Source: Antedon mediterranea
Lineage: Eukaryota > Animalia > Echinodermata
DNA length: 64,000 nucleotides
Direction: 5' to 3'
NCBI RefSeq assembly: GCF_964355755.1
Contig: NC_092671.1
Span: 15,557,742 to 15,621,741, forward strand
The translations under genes were made by a program, and so were the position numbers. The number at the start of each line of letters is the position of its first letter. The stretch's first letter is position 1. Below are positions 42,401-54,400 of this stretch, one piece after another. The notes beneath the pieces were generated by a model. The model was not told the origin of the DNA, ran no database searches, and saw only the letters and a program-made list of their open reading frames with translations.

Positions 42401-45400
42401 GTCGTCGACCACCACTCATGCTGGTTACATCCCTGTTATATATAGGAAAGTTTGAAAAAAAGATTACAGCAACTGGAGAATGAGAAGTCCGACTTCCAGG
42501 TGAGCATAGATATTCAGAAGGATAAGAGTGATCGTATGTGTACTGAATTAAGAACAGAATTACAATTGACCTACCAAGAACTTTCTCAGGTCAGAGGTGA
42601 AGAAGTTCATATACCAGAAAATACTCAACATTCGGTACAAGAATTACACAACACTATTGAACGGTAAATATATATGAATGAACTATGGAAGATCTATTTA
42701 TTTACAAAAGATTTAATGTGTGAATTATAAAGCCATGTCTTGTTGAAATATAAATTTAACATTTTCTTTTTAGTCTTACAAAAGAAAGTGTGACTTTGAA
42801 AGAAGACCTACAGTTAAGCATTACAAGTGTAAGTTTTCTTGATACCATTACCACATTTTTTTTCCGGCCATGCACTAATAAATTGAAATAATCAAATATA
42901 GAGATTTGATTTTGCAGAGTGTTGAGATTCAAGAAGATCTTATTAACTGTCAAGAGGAATTGGAACAATGTTCAGACAAGTGCAAGAAATTAAAGACTGA
43001 AGTTTTAACCCTCCACAAGGAACTGGAATGTTCCAGAAAGGTATCAGAAGAAAGAGTTACTCAACCTGAAGTAAGCAACCTACAAGATCAAGAGATGTAT
43101 ACACAAGAGATTGAAGCACTTAATAGCAAAATACTGGCTCTTCAAGAAGAACTGGAATGTTCCAGAAAGGTATCAGAAGTTAATCAACCTGAAGTAAGCA
43201 ACCTACAAGATCAAGAGATGCATACACAAGAGATTGAAGCACTTAATAGTAAAATACTGGCTCTTCAAGAAGAACTGGAGTGTTCCAGAAAGGTATCAGA
43301 AGTTAATCAACCTGAAGTAAGTAACCTACAAGATCAAGAGATGCATACACAAGAGATTGAAGGACTTAATGGCAAAATACTGGCTCTTCAAGAAGAACTA
43401 GAGTGTTTCAGAAAGGCATCTGAAGAAAGAGTTACTCAACCTGTAGTAAGTAATCCACAAGATAGCCAAGAGATGCATAAACAAGAGATTGAAGCACTTA
43501 ATGGCAAAATACTGGCTCTTCAAGAAGAACTTGAGTGTTCCAGAAAGGCATCAGAAGAAGGAGTTACTCAACCAGAAGTAAGCAACCTACAAGAGATGCA
43601 TACACAAGGGATTGAAGCACTTAATAGCAAAATACTGGCTCTTCAAGAAGAACTGGATGGTTCCAGGAAGGCATCAGAAGGAAGAGGTAATGAAAGGGAA
43701 GTAAGCACCATTCAAGAGATGCATAAACAAGAGATCGAAGCACTTAATAGCAAAATACTGGCTCTTCAAGAAGAACTGGATGGTTCCAGAATGTTGGCAG
43801 AAGAAAGAGTTACTCAACCTGAAGTAAGCAACATACAAAACCAACAGATGCATACACAAGAGATTAAAGCACTTAATAGCAAAATACTAGCTCTTCAGGA
43901 TAAACTCCAGCAGAAAGGGGAGAATGCACATGAAGAAGAACTAGAGATTGTCAAGAATATTGAAAAAAAGACAACTGAGGATAATTTGACAGTTTTGACG
44001 ATGCAGGAAACTCTACAGGAACGTGAAAAAGAGTGTGAAACTCAGAGGATTATCATAGTTTCTCTTCAAAAAGAAATTGAGCAACTGTCTTCTAATGATA
44101 TGGAATTACAAGAAAAGGAAGCATGTGATATAAATGGAAGCAATCAGGGGACTAGTAACATGGTTCTTCAAAAAGAATCGGATCACACTGCTGCAGAAAA
44201 GGAACATCCAGACAAAGAATCTGACATAATTTGTAATTTGCAAATGCAATTGAATGTGAAGACAAATGAATGTGAAACTTTAAATGAAATGGTGGTCTCC
44301 CTTCTTGAACAACTAGAAAAAGACAAAGAGTTTAAAGAAAGTGCTGAGGAGAGTGACTTAAAAGTCAAAGTTATAGAGCTTGAACGAAGATTGGAATTAA
44401 GTAGAGATTACGAGGTAGAACTTGAATCTCAAGTAGAAAATTTAAGAGAACTAACTATGATCAATGAATATGAAAATCCAGAAATTAATTCAAAGGAAAC
44501 GTTAATGGATGTTGCTGAGAACGATCCAGAATTGATTTCAGAAAGGGATACTACTTCAGGTAATAAATGCTCAGAAGAAGAAGATATCAGTTTAGATGAA
44601 AGTGAGAATATAACATCAGCCAGTATGGCTACAGTAGAATATGGTGAAAACAGGAAAAAGAATCTTGAATCAAAAGTTACTGAATTACAGGTTCGACTAG
44701 AAGAGATGACAGATTTACTGACGGAAATGTCGAAAAAACTTGAGCACTCGGAAGAGATGCTGAAATTCTCAAAAGATTATGAAGTTGAACTTGAAAGGCA
44801 ATTGGAAGAAGCAAATAAGAGCAAGGAACAGCAGATGGAAATGTTTAATAGGGATCAAGCTGAGACAGAATCAAAATTGGCTGATATGGAAACCAAAGTA
44901 TATGGCTCAGAGGCTAGTTATACAACTATAGAGTCAAAACTGACTGATGCAGAAGCCAAGTTGGTTTTTATGGAGTCTAATATAAGGGAAACCGAGGCGA
45001 AGTTTGCTGAAATGGAATCTAAGATTGTTGAGTTGAAATCAAAGCTTGCTGAATCGGAGGTTAAAGTTGAACAATGGAAGGTTGAAGCGGAAAGGAATAA
45101 ACGTTTGATTGCAGAACAGAGCATGAGCACTGATATGATGACAACACAGTAAGTTGATCTAAATATGAACTAGTATGAGCTTGTATGCTTTCTGCTTTAA
45201 AAATATGGTTCTTGAGACTACATATCTTCTAATACAGTATCTCTATATATTATTGTGAATACTGTGTTCAAAAAGATAATGTTTTTTATATATCCAGGCT
45301 TGAATCGTACAGACAGACTGCTGATCGTGCAAAGGGTGCACTTTTAGCTGAGAGCAACCGTGAGCTTGACCAGCAACGCAAGATTGAAACTCTTGAAAAT

Positions 45401-48400
45401 GCCCAGAAAGAGTCAGTAGCAGTTTTTCAACAGGCCAGTAAAGAAAAAGATGAGATTATTGCAGGTCTGGAGAAGAAGACCAAAGATCTATTGACCAAGT
45501 TAAGACAAACAGAAGCAGAGAGTGATCAAGCCACCCACAGGTCATTGCAGATGGAAAGAGAATCCCAGGTATAATTAATTATTTCAATTGTAAAATAGAT
45601 TACGGATAGAAATTGAACAGAGAATGGCCTATTAAAAAAATTACATTCATTTATACAAAGAAAATACAATTAACAGATTTACAATAAAAATCAGTACTGT
45701 ATAGATCATAAAAATACAATGTTATATTTCATCTTCTCTACCAGCCATGATGTTCTCGCATGTTATCAATGTTATGGTATACATACCTAACAAAAAGCTT
45801 GAAAAGCCTGCTATAAATGAGATCGCAGAAATTATCGAAGGTATTGAGTGTAGTCACCCTGAGGCGCTTGTAATTATCAATGGCGATTTCAACAGATGCA
45901 AGCTCAAGAAAACAACTGCCACATATTATCAGCATGTTACATGTAAAACGAGGGACAACGCGATTCTTGATTTATGCTACTCTAGTGTGAAGGATGCCTA
46001 TATTTCGACCCCACTACCGAACTTGGGCAAATCTGATCATAATTTGATTTTACTCAGTCCTAAATATCGCCCGTTAAATAAGACATGCCAACCAAAAATT
46101 ATTAATGTACGTAAATGGTCTCCTGAAGCCGAGGAAGCCCTGATAGCAGAATTTGAATCTACCGATTGGGATATTTTTACGGAGGATGAAGATTTGAATA
46201 GTATTACTTATGCAGTGAGCTCGTACATAAACTTTTGTATTGATAAATGCGTTCCAGTTAAAAAAGTGAAAATCTACCCTAATAACAAGCCATGGATCAC
46301 GAAAGGCGTTAAATTACTGTTGTGTGAGAAACGTAAAGCCTTTAAGATGGGCGACTCTAATCGTATGAAAATATTGACTAGAGAGATTAAATCTGAAATA
46401 AGGAAACAGAAGAACATTTATAGGAAAAAAGTTGAACATAACTTCAGGTCTAATAATATGAAACAAGTTTGGCAGGGTATTAAACTTATGAGTGGTTACA
46501 CAAACGGTGGTAATACACCCACCTCGATTCCGAATGTTACTGTGCAATATGTTAATGAGTTAAATGAATTTTATAACCGTTTTAATGTTCATGATTTTAA
46601 AAAAGAAAGAGAGGCCCTATTTAGCTTGTGTCGGGTGACTGAAGATGATCCCAAATTTAGTATAAGCATTTCTGATGTACATAGCGAATTCATGAAACTC
46701 AATTCATCGAAGGCTGCTGGGCCGGATAGAATCCCACCACGAGTACTTAAGGTCTGCTCTCCTCACCTTGATGGTATATTTACATTTATTTTCAATATGT
46801 GTCTTTCTTATCATGCGTTCCCGGATATTTGGAAACTTTCATGCATAATACCGGTACCTAAGAAACCTAAGATTAACAGCATGAATGATTTGAGACCCGT
46901 TGCACTCACGTCTGTCGCGATGAAAATATTGGAACGTATTATTTTAAAAATTATGCAACCTTATGCTGAAAAAGTGTTAGACCCGTTGCAATTTGCTTAC
47001 CGATCACTCCGTAGTACCAGTGATGCGATTTATTTTAAATTACATAAATTGTATTCACATCTAGATAATGTAAAGAAAGGCCACTCGGCACGTATTATGT
47101 ATTTTGATTTTCAGTCTGCGTTTAATACCATACAACCCCATATCTTAGCAGACAAAATGTTGAATATGGAGTTTCCCCGTCCGATTGTTCGTTTAGTTTT
47201 AAATTTCATTTGTGATAGAAAACAATTTGTTAATATTAATGGTGTTAAGTCAGAAATCGTAACCTCTGACACCGGTGTTCCTCAGGGTACTGTCAACGCA
47301 CCTAAATTATATTCCTTGTATACGGCCGATTACAGATCTTTAAATGATGAGCTTTGCCCCGTTGTTAAATTCGCTGATGACACTAGTACTATTGGTCTCA
47401 TAGTTTCAAACAATGATGAAAATTATCGTAGCGAAATACAAAGATTTGTAAAATTTTGTGACGATAATTATCTCCAAATAAATGCATCAAAAACAAAGGA
47501 GATGATCATTGATTTTAGGACTAAACATAAATTTAATTTTCAACCAATCACTATCAAAGGTAAAGAAATTGAAATTGTTGACCAGTACAAGTATCTAGGA
47601 ATTGTTTTCAATGATAAACTGAATTGGGGAGACCATATAGACTACATCAGCAAAAAATTAAATCCCAGAATGTATTGTATGAGAACTTTATATAAATTTA
47701 ACTCCTGTGATTTGATGTTACTTTCGTTTTATAGATCCGTTATATGTAGTGTTTGGACGTATTGCCTCTCCTGTTGGGCTGGTAATGTTACCGGAGGGAA
47801 TAAAGGACGCCTTGAAACTTTCATCCGTCGGGCTGGTAAAATGATTGGTCTGGAACTGCCTTCCTTTACCGATGTGCACCTAGAACACCTCCAGAAAGAT
47901 TTCGAACGCATTGAGTCGGATGCCTCTCATCCTCTCCACAAAGTGATCATAGACCAACTTAATCCAAGTGGTAGATTGAGGCTCCTCAGTGTGAAAACAA
48001 ATCGATTTGCTAAATCCTTTATTCCCTCCGGTATCATCCAGTACAACAGGAAGTCAAGAAGATAATTTTATCTTGTAATTTTTTAGATGTTTTTATATGA
48101 ATGGTTTTATGCTATATTTGTTTTTATTGTGTTTTCTTTGTTATTATGACGAGCAATGAATTTCCTTGTTGAGGATCAATAAAAGTTATCTTATCTTATC
48201 TTATCTTATGTAATATTTACTTTTATGTTTAAAGGACCTTCGTGATCGTGTAAAGGAGCTGGAGAATCACGCTTTTGATAATCGCCAGTTAACATGCAAA
48301 CAAGATATGGATCCTGCTAAGCTTGCACAACGTTTAAAACAAGTGGAGTTCAACCTTGATATAACAAAGCAAAAGGCAGATAAATTTGAGAAAATAAACA

Positions 48401-51400
48401 AAGAACTTAAAGGTTCGTACATAAATGATAAATGTATTTAAGTAATACCATATACATGAATATTATTAAGTTTAATTTGGACACAAGACTTTGGTAATTC
48501 ATTGATAATGCATGTGCAACAAGTATAATCTCAGCTGATTTTTCACAACTTTTGCACCCAGACATTGTGATACTCATATGCGGGAATAGCAGTAATAGTG
48601 TACTATGGTATGTGCCTATACAGTAAAGCAGAATTGCTGTTTCCTCTCGCATATTTCCATTTTCTTTCTTATTTTATACATTTTTTGGTTATGGTAAATT
48701 TACATTCTCTCTATTTTTTTTTTCAATTTTAGACTCAAATAAGAAATTTGAAGCCAATGAGTTCAAAGCAAATGATCTTGAGAAACAGCTGAGGGATGTC
48801 AACTTTGAATATGAGCGCCATCGCACACAGTATAATCGGTTGAAGTCTCGTTACGATAACATTGTAGTTGAACTAGCAGATATCAAACACAAACTGGCTA
48901 AATCGGAGATGAAAAATGCTGGTATTGATACTGATAAAATGAGGAATGACCTTTGCACTCTTGAGAAAGAGAGCATTAAACTAAAAGACAGAGTCAGCTT
49001 AAGTGATAAGAAAATCCTGCAGCTTGAGAACAGGATTGCAATTGATGATAAGGATAAAGTACACATACAAGATAAAATGAAATCTTTACAGGTAACATTA
49101 ACTATGTACAATAATAAATGTCATATCCATTTTGCCATCAATTATATAACGTGATAGAATTTGTTATTTATTTTTACAGGGTAACCTCTTCAGTCAAAGA
49201 CTGGTCTCCCAGAGGGCCAGTTATAATCAGTGGCTGTGTGTATACTAGTACACAGGGGTAACCCCCTACTCATCTCAAAAAATGTACTAGGTTCTTTAAA
49301 TTGCACATGAGCTAGATGTGTACACTGGACCTACGGTTTATCCGAGAAGACTCGTTCTACTACCAGAACCATATGGAGCGAGTGAGCCTAGAACCCTTGC
49401 CGATGTTATGGCTATGTAATTACGATTCCACTGTCTTAACGGCTCGGCCACTCACTCGCTAAGTACATATAAATATAAAATATTCATTTCATATAGGATG
49501 AGCTGCAGTATAACAAAACTACAATTCAGGAATTACAGTTAGAAAAAGAACACACACTGAAGAAAATGGAACAGAATGAGAAACATTTCAACAGCGTTTG
49601 TCAAGAACTGGAAAATGAGTTGACCGCATGTAAGAAGCTGTTAACAGAATGCCAAGAGCAACTTCAAGATTCAATGGTATTTGGAATATTTATGTATTGT
49701 ATTTAGTGTTTTCAATAAATTAAAAAAGCTTGTGAAAATGTGTAAGACATTGATTGATTGATTATACAGTATTTGACTACATGCATTTTGAAACATACCA
49801 AAGGGATACATTCTACCAAAGTATTATCTTCAATGAAGGCAAGACCGGTTTGGTTTGTAGATCAGTAATTCAATATGATTTGTTGTGATATTACAGGAGA
49901 AGGAAATGAAATTTAAGACAGAAATTGAAGAACTTAACGAAGAGAAAGAAAATGTGAATGAAAGGTTAACGACGATGGAGGAAGAACTAGAAAAGCAAAG
50001 CAGTCAACATGAACAAGAAATTAACACATTACAGGTGGGATGAGCTACATTTATTTATTATTTTTTTATTTAGTAAGTAATTAATTAAGGGCATTTCTAA
50101 TAAATGAAGCTCTGTCTACACTATCAAATTATCTGACGAAAAACTTGATGTGCCCATATATGGACCATATCTAAGCAAATCACTACCATATATGAACATA
50201 TCACACTTTTTGTTGTAAAACTAGTTTGATAGTGTAAACAGAGCTTAGGACAAATTGAAATAATGAACCCAATTTGGTGAGAGTAAGAAAAAAAAACTGT
50301 TTTAATAAACTGAATTAGGAGGATTTTATGAATTGTGTGACCAAGATGGATGCAGTTAGAGAAGAGAACAATCGAGCCAATGAGAGAATTAAAGAAGTGG
50401 AGATAGAAGCTAAGGAAAAAATGGAAAACATTCAGGAAGAGCTAGCTGAACAATCACTGAAACACCAACAAGAAATGGATACATTACAGGTATAGTTATC
50501 TCATCTTCTTTTACTGTGCAGAACTGTGTTTAAGTATAGTGGTACATGATGTTTGCATTTGATAATAACAATTACCGTAAGGAATGTTGCTATCAATTCT
50601 AATCTAATTAATAAATCTAATAGAAAGATGCAATGAAGTATATGGCTGAAATGGCCAACATGAAAGAAGGAAAAGAAATTTCCAATGATCAACTTAGAGA
50701 AGAGTTGACAGAAGCTGAGCTAAAAATAGAAAACATTGAAAAAGAACTTGCAGACCAATCAACAAGATATGAACAGGAACTCAAGTCGTTACAGGTGGGC
50801 TAACATTTTAATCATTTAACTAGAATACAAGAATACGCCACTGCTGTAATTTCTTCATTATTGGTTATTAGTTTAGTACCCTAAAGTATAATTAAATTTT
50901 CTTGAATCTAATTTAATAGGAAGATGGAATGAAATACATGACAGAAATAGAACAACTTAAAGAAGAGAAGGAAAAGATAAATGAAATGTTAAAGGAACAA
51001 ATTGTAGAAGCTGAAAAGAAACTAGAGACAAATCAAGAACAACAAGAAAAACAAAGTATTCAGCATCAACAAGAAATTAGCACATTACAGGTAGGAACCG
51101 CTACATTAATTAAAACAATAAATAGGACAAATTGTCTTAAACTGTAAGTACTTAGAAGCATATCGAACCATGTAAGCATGAACCCAATTTGGTGAGATGA
51201 AAGTGAACATAAATCATTGTCAATACCATACCTTTTTAATTGAATTAGGAGGATTTTATGAATTGTATGAGCAAGAAGGATGCACTTAGAGAAGAGAACA
51301 AACGAGCCAATGAGAGAATTAAAGAAGTGGAGATAGAAGCTAAGGAAAAAATGGAAAACATTCAGGAAGAGCTAGCTGAACAATCACTGAAACACCAACA

Positions 51401-54400
51401 AGAAATGGATACATTACAGGTATAGTTATCTCATCTTCCTTTACTGTGCAGAACCGTGTTTAAGTATAGTGGTACATATTAGGGAGGTTTCGCAACCTTA
51501 CAAATACGATAACGAAAACGGATATGTCATACATTTGTGAAACTTTTGAGCTGATCCCCATTTCATATTCGTAAAGCGTATTCGTGTTGACGAATATCAC
51601 CAGTCATATTCGTAACTACAAAACGAGTATAGTTTTTGATCTATTTTGCACATTTTGCATTTGAATCAGGAATGATTCATGATTATAATATAATTATAGA
51701 TTTATTGAAAGTAATTTACTAAAGTAATTTACTAAAATGCCAAGTCAATTTTGATAAATAGCAGTTTTTAAAGTCCTCACTCGCTTTGATGTTACGCTAG
51801 GCCTAGGCAGCCAAGCACCAAGCAACACGTACCTGCGCTTCGCTCAAATTTACCGCAGTCATATTTTGGACGCGCCTTAATATTTCGTTGCCATGCGAAA
51901 CAGATTTTTTATGACTTACGAAAACGAATATGTGTGCGTGACGTATCCGTTTTTGTTATCGTATTCGTAAGATTGCGAAACCTCTCTAATACTTATGATG
52001 TTTGCATTTAATAATAATAATTGCCATAAGGAATGTTGCTAACAATTCTAATCTAATTAATAAATCTAATAGGGAGATGCAATGAAGTATATGGCTGAAA
52101 TGGCGAACATGAAAGAAGGAAAAGAAATTTCCAATGATCAACTTAGAGAAGAGTTGACAGAAGCTGAGCTGAAAATAGAAAACATTGAAAAAGAACTTGC
52201 AGACCAATCAACAAGATATGAACAGGAACTCAAGTCGTTACAGGTGGGCTAAAATTCAAATACTAGAAAAAAGAATACGATACTGATCCGCAAGATGCAA
52301 TAATATCTCATTATTTGTTTAGATTGTAGATACCTTCAGTTTTTAGTTTGTAAAACTAAAAGTACCCTAAAGTATAGTGTTTTTTTTTCTATAAATGACA
52401 TTCTTCTTGAATCAAATCTAATAGGAAGATGGAATGAAATATATGACAGAAATAGAACAACTTAAAGAAGAGAAGGAAAAGATAAATGAAATGTTAAAGG
52501 AACAAATTGTAGAAGCTGAAAAGAAACTAGAGACAAGTCAAGAACAGCACCAACAGGAAATTAGCACCTTACAGGTAGGAAACACTTCCTTGAAAATTGT
52601 TGATATTGTTTAGATGAGAATGATAACTAGACAAATGACACTCCTATTTGTTTTGAAATGTCTTACATACAGACTGATTCAATCAAATACATGACTAAGA
52701 TGGAAATGCTAAAAGAAGAAAAGGATGCTGCCAATGTCAGACAGATAGAAGATGAAGAAACAATAGAAAGAGTCAAGCAAGAGGTAGCAGATCAATCTAT
52801 TAGATATCAACAAGAAATCAATACATTGATGGTATGTTTACCTAAATGGCCAGTAACTGTTATACAAATAATAAATATAGGAGTTTCAATGTGAAAAATG
52901 TTTCACGAGTTGGAAGATTGGCTATTCAATTTAACGAAATGAGTTTATGCATGCTTGCAATGAACGAAATTATTCCCCTCAATCAACAAGTATAAAACAT
53001 GAATTATTTGTTTTATAACACACCTAACACAATCAATCGATTTTACCATGCAATAAAGTTTATCACAAATAGCGAGAGCGATGCATGATGAAGAAATTGG
53101 GAGCAATAGCGCCACCACCAGTATATAAAGTTATTGGCTATTTCTCCCAACCATTCCCATCATGCATTGTGCAATGACGTTCCTCGCAAAATCAAGCTAT
53201 TTGCAATAGACATTATAGAACTAATACAGGTGTGTTATACAATGTAATGTTGTCGTTGTGTACAAGTACATGATATTATTCCCAAGAACAATATTAGAAA
53301 GAAAGTATCTATGAATGACATTAATGTGTGAAAAGTTCTCATGTAAAGACAATCGAGCTATATTCATGTACACCTGAACAAGGAAGCTATGCATCATGTA
53401 GTTTGTGATCTTGTTTGATGTATTTGTTTAGATTTTAGCATTTGTTCTTTGTTTGTTCTAACTTACAGTGTAGCATAAAGGACTTACAAATGGAGCTAAC
53501 ATCACTGCAGGAAACAAACGAGGCTGCAGAACAAGACGATTGGGCTTTAAGTAAAGTTTGCAATGATCTTAAATTAGAATTGGAGGAAGAACGGCAACAA
53601 AAGAAACAAATGAATGATGTATTGAAGCAAGAACAAGTAAGTTGTAAAAAAAAAATATATGGCTTTATTTAAAAATGTTTCAATTTAACAATTGTATTGA
53701 AGTAACAAAGTACTTGGCGTATTTTATGGTCGCTCTTTGTGTTTTCCAACTGATGAATACGTGTAGATAGTGCACCCTCTTCCGGATGAGATGTTAAGCT
53801 GTTGGTCCTGTGTGCAACATGGCTCATGTGCATGTTAAAGAAATTGGGCAGTACACCAGGAGATTCGAAGATTGTACTGTCCAAGTCGAAGATATCCTTG
53901 GTGTACTACTACTACTGTGTCATGTATAATTATTCTGTTTTTCAGTTATGCATTTCTTCGCATTTGATTACTACTTTAATTGTAATAATTTGATTGTTAC
54001 TTTAAAAAAATGATTATGTATAAGTTATATATCTATTTTTTTCTGTAGGATAAGTGTTCAGATCTGATGTCAAAACATGACTTGTTGGTGAGTCAACTAG
54101 AAAAATTAAAACGTTCAGAATGTGATCTTGAAAAGTTGTGCGATCAGATCCAGGAGGAACAAGAGGAAGAAGAAAGAAAACATAAAGAAACAAAAGAAAA
54201 ATTAAACAAATTAGAGGTAATTTACTAGTTTTTTTGTTGTTTGTGTGCTCAGTCATAAGTTGTAATAAGTGTTTTTCTGGTTTCTTTCATTTATTAAACC
54301 ATACTTAGTATGTAAATTTCTGGAATTGTTTGGAAGTACGGTATATGAAATCCATGTAATTTGACCAATTGTCAATTGGTTTAATTGCTTGTGTTGTGCT

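Larger units (their letters stand above)
50265..52600 (+). repeat. Tandem segmental duplication of a 3-exon block (50265-51180 and 51181-about 52600)
   Basis: Exons 25-27 and 28-30 and their introns align copy to copy. Both copies begin aacccaatttggtgag. Copy 2 carries a 505-bp MITE insertion and small indels. Confidence 0.85.

Noticed and set aside
41626-42483. ORFs on both strands (62-78 aa) in CENP-E intron 16
   Set aside because: They fall in sub-terminal repeats of hAT-like elements. 42247-42483 runs through a poly-G/poly-C palindrome.
49176-49470. GC-richer 300-bp block with a 10-12-bp stem hairpin (agcgagtgag...ctcactcgct) in CENP-E intron 22; considered as an intronic snoRNA or SINE
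   Set aside because: No C/D or H/ACA box arrangement and no tRNA-like boxes could be recognised. Left unclassified.
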